Positions 29,591-41,495 of a DNA stretch of 64,000 bases are shown here, piece after piece; within the stretch, counting starts at the first letter, position 1; each line of letters begins with the position of its first letter. The notes beneath the pieces are model-generated. The model made no database searches and was not told the origin of the DNA. It saw only the letters and a program-made list of their open reading frames with translations. This DNA is from Opitutales bacterium (GTDB lineage Bacteria; Verrucomicrobiota; Verrucomicrobiia; Opitutales; PNEW01), in the NCBI GenBank assembly GCA_965197745.1, contig CBDANS010000007.1:1824001-1888000 (forward strand), written 5' to 3'. The translations under genes and the position numbers were made by a program.

Positions 29591-31282
29591 ATGTCTATAG
29601 AAAAAAAGAATAGGCCTTATTCATCTATCCTCGTGGATGGTTCAAATCGTGCTGGCGCCCGGTCCATGCTCCGCGCGGTTGGTTTTAATGAAGATGATTT
29701 CAAGAAACCGATCATAGGTGTCGCTTCTACCTGGAGCATGGTCACGCCCTGTAATATGCATATCGATGAATTGGCAAAAGAAGCAGGAATGGGAGTCGAT
29801 GAAGCCATTGGTAAATCGATTATTTTTGGGACTATCACAGTTTCCGACGGTATCCCCATGGGCACTGTGGGGATGAAATATTCCCTCGTCTCCCGCGAGG
29901 TTATCGCTGACTCGATAGAAACAGTAGCTGGAGCAGAATGCTTTGATGGCCTTGTCGCTATAGGCGGATGTGATAAAAACATGCCCGGCTGCATGATGGC
30001 TATAGCTCGCTTAAATCGTCCATCGATCTTTGTCTACGGGGGATCTATCCTTCCGGGTATACACCATGAGAAGGAAGTAGATATTGTCTCCGTTTACGAA
30101 GCTATTGGATTAGAATCGAGCAAGAAAATTGATAAAGATGAGCTGCAGCATATTGAATCGTGTGCGATTCCCGGTCCAGGATCATGCAGTGGTATGTATA
30201 CCGCTAATACCATGGCATCAGCAATTGAAGCTTTGGGCATGAGCCTTCCCAATAGTTCGGCACTGCTTGCCGTATCTAAAGAGAAACGGCACGATGCTCG
30301 TAATGCGGGCAATGCGGTTCTAAAGCTGATTAATGAGGGGATCAAACCAAGGGATATCATGACGATGGAAGCATTTGAAAATGCGATCACTACGGTTATT
30401 GCCCTGGGTGGATCGACGAATGCCGTTCTCCACCTCCTCGCTATTGCCCACTCTGCAGAGGTGCCCCTATCAATAGACGATTTTACCCGTATCGGTAAAA
30501 ATGTCCCCGTGTTATGCGATCTCAGACCAAGTGGGCGCTACAGTATGGCTCAGTTGGTGCGGATTGGGGGATTAAAACCGTTGATGAAAATTTTATTAGA
30601 CAATGGATTGCTGCATGGTGATTGCCTTACAGTTACCGGAAACATGGTACGTGAAAATCTCGATGGTGTATCGCCTTACCCCCAGGATCAGGATATCGTC
30701 CGGTCTTTTGACGATCCTATTAAAAGAGAGAGCCATTTACACATACTCTACGGCAATCTTGCGCCAGAAGGAGCGGTTGCTAAAATTACCGGAAAGGAAG
30801 GGTTCAACTTCAGGGGGAAAGCTATTACTTATGAATCTGAAGAGGATGCGCTCAAAGGAATCCTTGAAGGGACGGTAGAGCCCGGTTATATCGTGGTAAT
30901 ACGCTATGAAGGCCCGAAAGGAGCGCCAGGGATGCGAGAAATGCTTGCCCCCACGTCTGCCATCATGGGGCGCGGCCTGGGAAAGGAAGTGGCCCTTATC
31001 ACCGATGGGCGATTTTCCGGAGGAAGCCACGGGTTTGTCGTTGGCCATGTTACACCTGAAGCAATGATGGGTGGCCCCATAGCGGTAATTAAAACCGGCG
31101 ACACCATCACTATAGACGCGTCCAGCAATGAAATTAACATAGAAATATCTGAAGAAGAATTAAAGCAGCGGCTCGCGAACTGGGAAAAACCAAAACCCAA
31201 AATAACGCGAGGAGTCCTTGCGAAATATGCCAAGATGGTCAGTTCGGCTTCGCGGGGTGCCGTAACCGATGACCGGCTATAA
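29591..31282 (+). CDS. ilvD: Dihydroxy-acid dehydratase
   Basis: PCNMH, SLVSRE, GCDKNMPG, GGSTN, TDGRFSGG. Confidence 0.97.
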   Translation: MSIEKKNRPYSSILVDGSNRAGARSMLRAVGFNEDDFKKPIIGVASTWSMVTPCNMHIDELAKEAGMGVDEAIGKSIIFGTITVSDGIPMGTVGMKYSLVSREVIADSIETVAGAECFDGLVAIGGCDKNMPGCMMAIARLNRPSIFVYGGSILPGIHHEKEVDIVSVYEAIGLESSKKIDKDELQHIESCAIPGPGSCSGMYTANTMASAIEALGMSLPNSSALLAVSKEKRHDARNAGNAVLKLINEGIKPRDIMTMEAFENAITTVIALGGSTNAVLHLLAIAHSAEVPLSIDDFTRIGKNVPVLCDLRPSGRYSMAQLVRIGGLKPLMKILLDNGLLHGDCLTVTGNMVRENLDGVSPYPQDQDIVRSFDDPIKRESHLHILYGNLAPEGAVAKITGKEGFNFRGKAITYESEEDALKGILEGTVEPGYIVVIRYEGPKGAPGMREMLAPTSAIMGRGLGKEVALITDGRFSGGSHGFVVGHVTPEAMMGGPIAVIKTGDTITIDASSNEINIEISEEELKQRLANWEKPKPKITRGVLAKYAKMVSSASRGAVTDDRL

Positions 31283-31332
31283 CCCACCAGGAGATCTGTA
31301 TTATTTGGCCAATCCTCATCTTATCTTCAATT

Positions 31333-32913
31333 ATGAGTTGGGACCGGTTTAAAAAATATTTTTTATCCTTCAAAGAATTAGGATTTTCTCTCGATATTAG
31401 CCGGATGGATTTCCCCGATTCTTATTTTGAGGAAATGGATCCGCTTATAAAAGGGGCTTTCACATCGATGCAGGCATTGGAAGAGGGAACCATTGCTAAC
31501 CCTGATGAAAATCGGATGGTAGGGCATTACTGGTTGCGATCACCTCATCTTGCTCCCTCTGCAGAAATACGAAACGAAATTGAATCTAATCTTCTACACC
31601 TTCAGGAATTTGCCTCTTCGGTCCTATCAGGTAAAATTTCAGGAGAAAACGGTGTTATTAAAAATTTATTGATCATAGGAATTGGAGGTTCAGCATTGGG
31701 ACCTCAGTTGCTGTATGATGCCTTAAGTCATCCTGAGAGAGACCGGGTTCAATTGTATTTTTTCGACAATACCGATCCAGACGGCATAGACCTGATCTTT
31801 TCGAAATTGAAAGATGCTCTGGGTAATACATTGGTCATCGTAATTTCAAAATCTGGAAACACCCCTGAAACGCGCAACGGAATGGAAGAAGCTAGATTTG
31901 CTTATCATGAAGCGGGGTTAAATTTCAACAAGCACGCGGTTGCGGTTACCGGAGCCGGAAGCTTTCTTGATCACTATGCAGCGGACTCTGGGTGGCTGGC
32001 TTCTTTTCCTTTATGGGATTGGGTAAGCGGTCGCACCAGTGTTTTTAGCTCGGTCGGACTACTGCCATCAGCTTTGCTCGGCATAAAGATAAGTGAATTA
32101 CTGGAAGCCGCCGCGGCCATGGATGTTCTTACTCGCACCCGAGACCCATTAAAAAATCCTGCTGCTCTCCTTGCACTCATGTGGTATTACGCCAGCGACG
32201 GCAAGGGATCCAAGGACATGGTCATTTTACCTTACAAAGATCGACTCATCCTGTTCTCCAGATACCTGCAACAGCTGATTATGGAATCGCTCGGTAAAGA
32301 AACTGATCTTAAAGGGAATGCAGTCAACCAGGGTATTTCTGTATATGGCAATAAAGGCTCGACTGATCAGCATGCCTTTGTCCAACAGTTGCGTGATGGC
32401 ATTGACAATTTTTTTGTTACTTTCATTGAAGTCCTTAAAGACAGACAGCATTCTTCTCGGGAAATTGAAAAGGGGGTCACCTCAGGAGATTATTTGCAGG
32501 GGGCATTCCTTGGGACACGTTCAGCTCTGCATGAAAAGGGGCGTCAATCCATCTCCATAACGATTAATGAAGTTAGTCCTTTTACCTTAGGATTACTCAT
32601 CGCGTTATATGAGCGCGCGGTTGGATTGTATGCAGGAATGATTGGGATCAATGCCTATGATCAACCCGGTGTAGAAGCCGGGAAAAAAGCTGCGGCTCTT
32701 TACCTGAAAATAAATAAGGCAATATTAGAATACCTCAAAACCCATCCCGATAATTCTTATACTCCGGAAGAACTGGCCTTGGAATTAGCCCTTGAAAGCG
32801 ATTCTGAAATAATCTTCAAATTATTGGAGCATTTAGCCGCTAATCCTGAAAAATGTATTATAAAAGATAAATCGGCCGATTTATTTAGTGCCCGCTATCG
32901 ATTTAATCCCTAG
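31333..32913 (+). CDS. pgi: Glucose-6-phosphate isomerase
   Basis: GIGGSALG, SKSG, QLIMESLGK, DQPGVEAGK. Confidence 0.96.
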   Translation: MSWDRFKKYFLSFKELGFSLDISRMDFPDSYFEEMDPLIKGAFTSMQALEEGTIANPDENRMVGHYWLRSPHLAPSAEIRNEIESNLLHLQEFASSVLSGKISGENGVIKNLLIIGIGGSALGPQLLYDALSHPERDRVQLYFFDNTDPDGIDLIFSKLKDALGNTLVIVISKSGNTPETRNGMEEARFAYHEAGLNFNKHAVAVTGAGSFLDHYAADSGWLASFPLWDWVSGRTSVFSSVGLLPSALLGIKISELLEAAAAMDVLTRTRDPLKNPAALLALMWYYASDGKGSKDMVILPYKDRLILFSRYLQQLIMESLGKETDLKGNAVNQGISVYGNKGSTDQHAFVQQLRDGIDNFFVTFIEVLKDRQHSSREIEKGVTSGDYLQGAFLGTRSALHEKGRQSISITINEVSPFTLGLLIALYERAVGLYAGMIGINAYDQPGVEAGKKAAALYLKINKAILEYLKTHPDNSYTPEELALELALESDSEIIFKLLEHLAANPEKCIIKDKSADLFSARYRFNP

Positions 32914-32984
32914 TTGCATATTGCCATAAATCATGTAATGATCTAATGGATAATCATTTAAATATCTTTACTCCCACCATTAAA

Positions 32985-33140
32985 ATGAAAAAAGAACAGC
33001 TGATAATACTCATTAGTATATTCATCGCAGCGGTAGTTACTCTCTCCGGTTGCGCCAAAGTAAACGAGGATGACTCTTCCATACCATGGAGTCGCCCGGC
33101 GGACTGGGAAAATAGAGCACCTGGTATGCCGGGGATGTGA
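32985..33140 (+). CDS. Small lipoprotein
   Basis: MKK, hydrophobic stretch, lipobox LSGC, then IPWSRPADWE. Confidence 0.65.
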   Translation: MKKEQLIILISIFIAAVVTLSGCAKVNEDDSSIPWSRPADWENRAPGMPGM

Positions 33141-33176
33141 AATGGGTGATTCATCTTTATAAAATCACTTTATCTT

Positions 33177-33890
33177 ATGCAGCCGCGGAAATCCGCCTGT
33201 GCCGAACCTGGTCGGCTCTATGTTTTAGCAACACCAATTGGCAATCTTGGTGATATATCTGCTAGAGCAGTCGCTATTCTTGGCACTTGTGACATTATCG
33301 CAGCGGAAAACATACAAAGAACGAAACGGCTCCTCGATCATCTAAAGATAGGTACTAAAATACTTCCATATCATGAGCATAATGAAATTCGTCAGGCTTT
33401 CAATATTGCCACCCTCATCGAATCGGGGAACGCCATAGCGCTCGTTTCCGATTCAGGGACACCAACCGTTAGCGATCCTGGTTTCCGACTCGTCCGGGAA
33501 TGTCGACGCCGCACTATTGATGTCATTCCCCTACCTGGACCTTCAGCGCATATAGCAGCACTCTCTGCTTCGGGATTACCGAGCGACGGATTTCTCTTTG
33601 TAGGATTTCTGCCTTCTAAATCAGCCGCGCGGCAAAAATTTTTCAAAGAGTTCTGTGATTTTGATTTCACCCTTATCCTCTATGAATCCTGTCATCGAAT
33701 TACTAAATGCATGAATGATTTAATTGAAGTGCTAGGCCCTGAACGAACTGTCTGTGTATCTCGAGAGTTAACTAAAATTCACGAATCTTTTTACATTGGA
33801 CCTGCCGATCATGTCCGCGAACTGCTTAATAAAAACAGTCTTAAAGGAGAGTTTGTAGTGGTGGTCGCAAAAAAGGGATTCCAAATATAA
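33177..33890 (+). CDS. rsmI: 16S rRNA C1402 2'-O-methyltransferase RsmI
   Basis: ATPIGNLGD, SDSGTPTVSDPG, RELTKIHE, KGEFV. Confidence 0.95.
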   Translation: MQPRKSACAEPGRLYVLATPIGNLGDISARAVAILGTCDIIAAENIQRTKRLLDHLKIGTKILPYHEHNEIRQAFNIATLIESGNAIALVSDSGTPTVSDPGFRLVRECRRRTIDVIPLPGPSAHIAALSASGLPSDGFLFVGFLPSKSAARQKFFKEFCDFDFTLILYESCHRITKCMNDLIEVLGPERTVCVSRELTKIHESFYIGPADHVRELLNKNSLKGEFVVVVAKKGFQI

Positions 33891-33894
33891 TCGA

Positions 33895-34847
33895 TTGTTG
33901 GTGAACAGTAAATCACCTGTAGTTGCGGTAATTGATATAGGCAGTAATACCATTAAGCTCCTGGTGGCAGGTAACGGAAATCCGCTTCATGTCATCGCCG
34001 AGGAGTCAAGTTATACGCGTATCATTAAAGGGGTAGACAGTATAAACCCACGACTGCCTGAGGAGAATATAGAGGAAAGTTGCCATAGCATCAAGAGCCT
34101 GGTTCAACATGCGTACAAGTATTCACCTCAGCGTATTGTCGTCGCCGCCACGAGTGCGGTGAGAGACGCTGACAACGGGGATATATTGAGCAGAGGTGTC
34201 TTTAAGAGCACCGGCTACAAATTGCAGGTGCTTAGTGGGGTGGAAGAAGCATTAGCCATTAGTCGTGGCGTGGCTCTAGATCCTGGACTCGCTGGAATTA
34301 AGAGATATTACCTCATCGACCTTGGTGGGGGCAGCCTCGAGCTAATTGATTATTCTTTCGACTCCATTAATCAACTGGCAAGCCTTCCTCTTGGAGCCGT
34401 TCGTTTGAAGGATGATATACTCAAAAATGTTAATACCGTTTTAGATGAAGAAGCAGTCAAAACTATTCAGCAATCTGTAATTGAAGTGATTCACTCAAGT
34501 GGATTTAAGTTCCTGCAGATTGGACAGCCGCTTGTTGTCACCAGCGGTTCCTTAAGGGTAGCTAAGAATCTGATCAGCAGGCAATCTCCGGAAATCCCCT
34601 CTGATTCGACCGAGATCCCCTCTGGACGCTTCGAGAATTATATCATAACTTATCAAAGCTCAGCCTTCCAGAGCGCCTGGCCCTGCCTGGTATGAGTGCA
34701 TCCCACGCAGATATTCTCCCTGTCGCACTCATCATTATTCTGCTAATCGCTGATCAATCCGGCACCGATAAGATTATTCATTCCTCTTACAATCTGCGTT
34801 ATGGCTTAGCCGCTCAGTTGCTCGCGGAAATGAGTCAAAATGGATAG
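33895..34847 (+). CDS. Ppx/GppA family exopolyphosphatase; -1 frameshift at C4 34617-34620
   Basis: DIGSNT, ATSAVRDA, DLGGGSLE; adding one C continues to HADILP...YNLRYGL, stop at 34845-34847. Confidence 0.85.
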
Positions 34848-35780
34848 GAAATCAGAGGGGATAGGTGCCTTTAGTTCAAGTTTCTGCTCAGTAATGGGAT
34901 GGCGTAGTGAAAGACGGTGTGCGTGGAGAAGAAACCGTTGAATAGGCGGAGTTGTTGTTGTTTCCGCCTTAGAACCATAGAGATGATCCCCTAAAACGGG
35001 GTGGCCAATATGGGCAAGATGAACCCTGATCTGGTGCGTGCGACCCGTGTGAATGCGAATCTTAAGAAGTGCGTATTGCCCGCCATATGTCTCCTGGCAT
35101 TTCCAATCACTGTGGGCAAAACGTCCATTAAGGGTAACCGCCATTTTAATTCTATTTACAGGGTGCCTGCCTATCGGTTCTTTAATGGTTCCTGAACTCA
35201 TTGTGGGGACACCACTTACTAAGGCCAGGTAATCTTTTTTCAGGGTGCGTTCCTCAAACATTTTGCTGAGACCGAGAAAAGCGGTGTCCGATTTCGCGAC
35301 GACGATTATACCTGAAGTATCCTTGTCGAGACGATGAACTATACCGGGCCGTTCCACCCCCCCTATGCCGCTTAAAGACTCGCGGCAATGGTGTAACATA
35401 GCATGTACGAGAGTAGGTTCAGTTATCCCGCACCCGGGGTGAACGACCAACCCCGCAATTTTATTAACGGCTACGATATGTTCATCTTCAAAAATAATCT
35501 CGAGGGGAAGAGCTATAGGCTTAAGATCGACAGGTTGCGTTGCTGGCAGGGTATAATAAATTGTGTCTCCCGCCGAGAGCCGCTGGCTTTTGATTATTAC
35601 TTCATTATCGAGCCAGACGAGACCCGATTCGAAAAACCGCTGGATCTGACTGCGACTGAGTTCCGGACAGTGATGGTGCAATACTTTATCTGCACGAACA
35701 CGGTTAAAAGTTGAGGGTACTTCAAAATAGTTATCCTCACCCGTTAACTTGGATTGTTTGCTCAAGCTAAATATCCTCAA
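34806..35780 (-). CDS. rluD: RluA/RluD family pseudouridine synthase
   Basis: S4 domain, RPGIVHRLDKDTSG, TGRTHQIRVH. Confidence 0.9.
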   Translation of the reverse strand: MRIFSLSKQSKLTGEDNYFEVPSTFNRVRADKVLHHHCPELSRSQIQRFFESGLVWLDNEVIIKSQRLSAGDTIYYTLPATQPVDLKPIALPLEIIFEDEHIVAVNKIAGLVVHPGCGITEPTLVHAMLHHCRESLSGIGGVERPGIVHRLDKDTSGIIVVAKSDTAFLGLSKMFEERTLKKDYLALVSGVPTMSSGTIKEPIGRHPVNRIKMAVTLNGRFAHSDWKCQETYGGQYALLKIRIHTGRTHQIRVHLAHIGHPVLGDHLYGSKAETTTTPPIQRFLLHAHRLSLRHPITEQKLELKAPIPSDFLSILTHFREQLSG

Positions 35781-36768
35781 TGATAAGGTCGAGTTGTTTT
35801 AAATAAAGAAGCTTTTCATCCTCAGGGATAAGAGCAATCTCAAATCCGTTGCGCGCCAACTGCGCTAATTCTTTATTTTTAAAACCCAACTCCATAGCTA
35901 ATGCCGCATATTCCTCTTCCAAATGATTGCCAAAAGAAAGCGGATCATCAGTATTCAAAGTACAGCGCACACCCGCGTCGTAAAGCATGCGAATGGGGTG
36001 ATCTTTCATGGAATGAACAACATTAAGCTTAACATTGCTTATGGGACAGACATCGAAAGTGATTTCCTTATCGACAACCATGGATAGCAAATTTGGATCT
36101 TCAACCGCGCGCACCCCGTGTTCAATACGAACAACACCCAAAGATTCGATTGCGTCTTTTACATAGTCTGGACCACCAAACTCTCCGGCATGAGCTTTGG
36201 TGAACTTTCCCCTGTCCCGAGCACGTGACCAGAGATCTCTCGCCCAATCCTCGATGGGGAGTAGTTCCGTGCCATGTAGATCAATCCCGTCTAATCCCTC
36301 CCAGTCCAGACAATCATTTAATACCGGAATCATTTTTTCGGTATATTGGTTACGCAGAATGCCCATAAATATTCTTACTTCCAATCCCTGAGGGACCGCG
36401 TCTCTTATCGCAGCTATAATTTCCGGACCCGGAATATTCAAAAACTCGATAATTCCGGCATGGAAACTCGTCTCGACATACTTAACATTTTGTTCGAGAT
36501 GTTTTCCGAAAATCATTTTGGCTGCTTCATTATATCTTTGGGGAGTAGTGTACCACTGTAGAGCCATGGCAATCAAATCGTCTGAGAATTCACTATAGCT
36601 TTGGAATTTGAAATCATCATTCCACGACCTGGGGAGGTCTTTAAACTGATTCGGATCGAGATTCTGGAGCAATGAGTAAGGCAAAGCTCCTTCTATGTGC
36701 AGATGAGTTTCCGTCTTAGGCAAATTCCGAATAAAGGCAGCAAGACGGGTATCGGGCTGATAGGGCAT
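35767..36768 (-). CDS. add: Adenosine/adenine deaminase
   Basis: PKTETHLHIEG, AHAGE, RIEHG, CPISN, NTDDP. Confidence 0.88.
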   Translation of the reverse strand: MPYQPDTRLAAFIRNLPKTETHLHIEGALPYSLLQNLDPNQFKDLPRSWNDDFKFQSYSEFSDDLIAMALQWYTTPQRYNEAAKMIFGKHLEQNVKYVETSFHAGIIEFLNIPGPEIIAAIRDAVPQGLEVRIFMGILRNQYTEKMIPVLNDCLDWEGLDGIDLHGTELLPIEDWARDLWSRARDRGKFTKAHAGEFGGPDYVKDAIESLGVVRIEHGVRAVEDPNLLSMVVDKEITFDVCPISNVKLNVVHSMKDHPIRMLYDAGVRCTLNTDDPLSFGNHLEEEYAALAMELGFKNKELAQLARNGFEIALIPEDEKLLYLKQLDLIIEDI

Positions 36769-36836
36769 TTTAGACTCTTAGAGTGGCGCACGATCAATGA
36801 GCATTACCTTATCTCCGATTGAAACTCTAAATAAAC

Positions 36837-37955
36837 TTATTTCTTACCCAGAAGATAATCCGGGTTTAACTTCTGAAGAACCTTTGGAATAAAAAGGCCA
36901 TCCTTTCTTATAAGTTTACGATCAAAATAAATTTCCCCTCCCCCATAATCGGGACGCTGAATACAAACAAGATCCCAATGGACTTGCGAGCGATTTCCAT
37001 TATTCGCTTCCTCATATGCCTGACCGGGAGTGAGGTGAAAAGATCCGGCAATCTTTTCATCAAAAAGTATGTCACGCATGGGTTCGAGGATATGCGGATT
37101 AAAACCAATGGCAAATTCACCGATATAACGCGCTCCCTGATCCGAGTCTAAAATCTCGTTAAGTTTCCCCTCATTGCCGCTAGCCGTGGCTTTAACGATA
37201 CGGCCTTTTTTGAAAATAAAGCGGACATTTTCAAAAGAATTACCCTGGTATACGGTGGCAGCATTATAAGTGATTTGCCCCTCTACACTTGTCTTAAGAG
37301 GACAGGAAAACACCTCTCCATCCGGTATATTATGAGACCCCCCACAAGTCACAGAAGACAACCCTTTTAAGGAGAACCGCAGGTCGGTCCCGGGCCCTTT
37401 TATTTCAACTCTATCGGTCTTATCCATGAGACGTTTGAGCGCCGACATACCTGGTATCATGCGGGAATAGTCAAGGGTGCAGACACGAAAATAAAAGTCC
37501 TCGAATGATTTTGTGCTTTGCAAAGCTTGTTGCGCCATGGCCGGAGTGGGCCAACGCAAAACCACCCATTTTGTCTTTTTCACCCGCCAGTCGAGAACCG
37601 GTTTCGACAGACTGATAGCGAGATTCATTTTTTCTGCGGGTACATCTGAAAATTCAAAAATATTGTTTGCGCCGCGAAGGGCAATATAAGCATCCATTTG
37701 TTTCATTCGCTGCAATTCATTTTTACAGGCAATAGTATATTGTTCGCTCACCCCTTCTCGATAAATTTCTCTGCTAATAGGGGCATGGTGTATTTGCACA
37801 AAAGGAATCGCTCCTCTTTTTCTAGCTGCCTCAATAATGGCGATGACCATCTCATCAGGAACATCATAGGCATCGATGAGAACTTTTTCGCCCTTATCTA
37901 ATTTAGTGGAAAACCCGGTTAAAACTTTAGCCAGCTGATTATACCGTGGATCCAT
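36837..37955 (-). CDS. Aminopeptidase (M29, AmpS/PepT-like)
   Basis: [26 protein letters not shown]-x2-HWD. Confidence 0.9.
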   Translation of the reverse strand: MDPRYNQLAKVLTGFSTKLDKGEKVLIDAYDVPDEMVIAIIEAARKRGAIPFVQIHHAPISREIYREGVSEQYTIACKNELQRMKQMDAYIALRGANNIFEFSDVPAEKMNLAISLSKPVLDWRVKKTKWVVLRWPTPAMAQQALQSTKSFEDFYFRVCTLDYSRMIPGMSALKRLMDKTDRVEIKGPGTDLRFSLKGLSSVTCGGSHNIPDGEVFSCPLKTSVEGQITYNAATVYQGNSFENVRFIFKKGRIVKATASGNEGKLNEILDSDQGARYIGEFAIGFNPHILEPMRDILFDEKIAGSFHLTPGQAYEEANNGNRSQVHWDLVCIQRPDYGGGEIYFDRKLIRKDGLFIPKVLQKLNPDYLLGKK

Positions 37956-38018
37956 GCAAATTCTCCTTCATATATATCGCTTCACTATAAGAGGACATTT
38001 ATGAAGCGCCTACAACTG

Positions 38019-38804
38019 CTAGTTAAGTTTCTCATCAATGCAGTCCCTAACTTCTTCGATACTGCCATGAGCATCGATAAAGTGATAAGGAAATACATTC
38101 TGAAGCGCCTTTAAAGGTTTATTAGTGGTTTGTTTAAAGGTGCGATATCGATGGCGTGCCGTTGTTTCACTGAGGTCGGTTATTCGGGGCTCCTGCAATG
38201 TACCTGCTCCCAATTTCTCAATCTTCTTATTATGATCCAGCATCTGTTTCCCCCGATTCAACTGTCTTTGTACACTTGTTGCCTCGTTTACATAGAGGAC
38301 GATAATATGGAAATCAGGAATGGGGAAATTACTTTCATCTGGTGATCCAAGATGCATATTGTGCAACTCCATCAACCGTCGATGCAGGTCCTTCAGGCAC
38401 TCCGCTTGAACCATGCTCCGGGGAAACCCGTCAACGAGCGCACCCGCTTTGTATTTTGGATTGATGAGTTTTCGCAAGAGGAGCTTAAACGTTTCGTTAT
38501 CACCCACCAGAATACCGGCATTTATCAGTCGCTTGGACTTAGTGCTTCGAAATAGAGAACTGGTGACGATGGGCGGTGCCGTCAGGTTTGATATCTGCAT
38601 GATGGCGTCGGTCTGTGTGCCTTTGCCTGCACCCGGTGCGCCATTTAGCCAGCATATTTTTTTCGGGAAACAAAGTTTACCTTCTCCCTTTTCGTTTTTA
38701 AGCTCCGCCCATGCGAGATCGAGAATCTTCCGTGCCTCAAGAATATCACTATCCGGACTGTTCGTTTTTTCGGGTTTCGTTTTTGTTGGGGTAATATCAG
38801 GCAT
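38019..38804 (-). CDS. Adenylate kinase-like nucleoside monophosphate kinase
   Basis: GAPGAGKGT P-loop and VDGFPRS. Confidence 0.8.
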   Translation of the reverse strand: MPDITPTKTKPEKTNSPDSDILEARKILDLAWAELKNEKGEGKLCFPKKICWLNGAPGAGKGTQTDAIMQISNLTAPPIVTSSLFRSTKSKRLINAGILVGDNETFKLLLRKLINPKYKAGALVDGFPRSMVQAECLKDLHRRLMELHNMHLGSPDESNFPIPDFHIIVLYVNEATSVQRQLNRGKQMLDHNKKIEKLGAGTLQEPRITDLSETTARHRYRTFKQTTNKPLKALQNVFPYHFIDAHGSIEEVRDCIDEKLN

Positions 38805-38894
38805 GGGGTGGCTGCAGAAAATCCAGGTCAGCTGGGTGTTTTATTGTGATTTAGGTTATTAAATAATTCGTTAGATGTTGTTGCAATCATAATA

Positions 38895-40115
38895 TCATTG
38901 AGGAAAGGGAGATCTTGTCGCGGGCATATCTTTTTTTGGAAAACATATTCTGGATACCGCTTCATCAAAATCACTTACCCCGCTGAGGATATCAATTTTT
39001 AACTTCAAGTAATAAAATGGAACGGGGGGCTCGTGTGTTTTGGGGATGCGGACCGCATCTTTTTCGGTGGTCACCACCATATCAAGTTTGGCCTTCTTCA
39101 CACGATCGAAAAAATGCTTCAGTTCAGATGATGAAAACCAGTGGTGATCGAGGAATCGTCGATTGTATTGAATCTCGGCTCCATTTTTCTCTAAAAATTT
39201 TTCAAAACTCTCAGGATCGGCAATGCCACTGAAGGAACCAATCTTTTTACCTTGTAGTGTTGAAAGCTCACGCTTTGCATCACCATTAACCTCTTGCAGG
39301 TACTGCGGGTGGTGCGCACATTCAATTATTTCTGTATCCGGCTTATACTGGCGAATAATATTTTCGAGTATTGAATCATTTTGACCATCGGACTTGGTGA
39401 CAAAAACATAAGATGCCCGTTTAATGTGTTTAATGGGCTCACGCAGAATGCCGCGTGGGAGTAATTGATGATTACCGAATGGGTTGGTTTTATCGATGAG
39501 AAGGAGGTTAAGTTGTTCTTTTAGCGCAAGGTATTGAAACCCATCATCGAGGATAAGGGTATCGGCACCAAAATGTTTAATTGCAAAAAATCCTGCTTTA
39601 ACTCTATTTTTATCCACAATGACGAGAACACCGGGGAGATTTTTAGCCAACATATAAGGTTCATCACCAGCCATTTTCGCATCGAGGAGAACAGTGCGCC
39701 CATCACTTACAATCTTTGGCGGCGGCGGTTCGCCATGGGAAATCATTCGCCACCACTTTTTTAGCACGGCTTCGTTTTTACTTTTATATCCACGACTGAG
39801 AATAGCAACAGTGCGTCCCCGTTCAGCCAGGCTGCGGGCAAAAATTTCAACCACCGGTGTTTTACCGGTGCCCCCAACAGTAAGATTGCCCACGACAATA
39901 ACGAGACAACCAAGATGTTGGTCATGCATGATGCGGTTTTTATAGAGAAGCAACCGGAACTGGACGAGAACACTAAATACTTTGGATAATCCCGTTAACA
40001 CGAGTTTATACGCGTTTATGTAAAGTCCTTCGCGACGACCATAGATGACATCAATCGTAAACTTCTCAAAATTCTCGAAACCGTTTTCCAGATATTCCTT
40101 AAAATGCTTAAGCAT
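38895..40115 (-). CDS. lpxK: Tetraacyldisaccharide 4'-kinase
   Basis: [33 protein letters not shown]. Confidence 0.95.
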   Translation of the reverse strand: MLKHFKEYLENGFENFEKFTIDVIYGRREGLYINAYKLVLTGLSKVFSVLVQFRLLLYKNRIMHDQHLGCLVIVVGNLTVGGTGKTPVVEIFARSLAERGRTVAILSRGYKSKNEAVLKKWWRMISHGEPPPPKIVSDGRTVLLDAKMAGDEPYMLAKNLPGVLVIVDKNRVKAGFFAIKHFGADTLILDDGFQYLALKEQLNLLLIDKTNPFGNHQLLPRGILREPIKHIKRASYVFVTKSDGQNDSILENIIRQYKPDTEIIECAHHPQYLQEVNGDAKRELSTLQGKKIGSFSGIADPESFEKFLEKNGAEIQYNRRFLDHHWFSSSELKHFFDRVKKAKLDMVVTTEKDAVRIPKTHEPPVPFYYLKLKIDILSGVSDFDEAVSRICFPKKDMPATRSPFPQ

Positions 40116-40374
40116 AGCGTTAATCCCGCAAATATGTGTTACTCAAAAAAATCGTTACGAGCCATTGGATGGATTTCCCAGTGTATGATATTATCTATAA
40201 GTGGCTTATCCACTGGTAGTTGAGAGTTTATCTTAACCTTTGTACCCGAAGATATTGTCATCAAAGTAATACATAAAGAGCCTTGACGAATTAAAAAATG
40301 CGCATTTTTCATATCCAGCCAACAAAAATGCAAATTAATTTACTCAGATCTAAAATCCATCGATCACATAACAG

Positions 40375-41451
40375 TTGAGTTACAAACTTTTTATTCCTGG
40401 TCCAGTTGAGGTATCGCCCAAGACATTCAAGGCGATGTCCACGCCTGTCATTGGCCATCGAAGTCCAGATTTTATCGCACTTTATGAGGCGATCCAGCCC
40501 AGGTTGCAGCAGCTTTTTTACACTCAGGATCCAGTGTTTCTCAGCACCAGCAGTGCCTGGGGCGTAATGGAAGGTTCAATCAGGAATCTTACAGCTAAAA
40601 AAGTTCTTAACTGTATGTGTGGAGCCTTCTCCGACAAATGGTACGATGTTGCTGGACGCTGCGGGAAAAATGCGGTCGCTCTTCAATTTGAATGGGGCCA
40701 TCCTGTTGACCCAGAAGCTGTTCACCGGGAACTGTCAAAGGGGCAGTATGATACTATTACAATTGTCCACAATGAAACATCAACTGGCACGATGAGTCCT
40801 ATTGCGGAAATTATGGCAGTGGTAAGAGAGTTTCCCGAGGTAATCTCCATTGTCGACACCGTTAGTTCATTTTCGGCTTTACCCATTAAAAAAGATGAAC
40901 TCGGCATCGATGTCATGCTGACCGGCTCCCAGAAAGCGCTCGCTTTACCTCCGGGGCTATCCTTATGCAGCGTTTCTCAGCGTGCACTCAATCGAAGCGA
41001 AAAACAAAATAATCGCGGCTATTATTTTGATTTTTTGGAATTTCTAAAAAATCACGAAAAAGGGATGACCCCTTCAACACCCAATATCCCGCTGATTTAT
41101 GCATTGCGCTCAAAACTGGGTGATATTTTTGAAGAGGGCGTAGAAAACCGATACGACCGCCATGAGCAACTCAATAGTATGGTTCATGCATGGGTCGAAA
41201 AGAACGGGTTTCAATTGTTTCCCGAAAAATGTTTCGCCTCCAAAACACTTAGCTGCGTGCAGAACAATCGAAATATCGACCTCGTCAAACTCAATGAAAA
41301 TTTAAAGAATCGTTTCAAATGTGTTATAGATGGAGGTTACGGTAAGATCAAAGGTAAGACCTTCCGCATTTCTAATATGGGAGATGAAACTGAATCAACA
41401 ATTTCCACACTCCTTGATAATATAACTGCAGTAATTTCCACTCTGGATTAA
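40375..41451 (+). CDS. Class V PLP aminotransferase (serine-pyruvate/alanine-glyoxylate type)
   Basis: PGP, HRS, HNETSTG, DTVSS, GSQKALALPPG. Confidence 0.88.
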   Translation: MSYKLFIPGPVEVSPKTFKAMSTPVIGHRSPDFIALYEAIQPRLQQLFYTQDPVFLSTSSAWGVMEGSIRNLTAKKVLNCMCGAFSDKWYDVAGRCGKNAVALQFEWGHPVDPEAVHRELSKGQYDTITIVHNETSTGTMSPIAEIMAVVREFPEVISIVDTVSSFSALPIKKDELGIDVMLTGSQKALALPPGLSLCSVSQRALNRSEKQNNRGYYFDFLEFLKNHEKGMTPSTPNIPLIYALRSKLGDIFEEGVENRYDRHEQLNSMVHAWVEKNGFQLFPEKCFASKTLSCVQNNRNIDLVKLNENLKNRFKCVIDGGYGKIKGKTFRISNMGDETESTISTLLDNITAVISTLD

Positions 41452-41495
41452 CCCCATACATAAAGAGATAAATAAGCCCCTGTAAACTTAGATAG

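Noticed and set aside
29617..31287. Long antisense ORFs over ilvD (and similarly over topB, lpxK, korB)
   Set aside because: Shadow ORFs from the codon structure of well-supported genes on the opposite strand.
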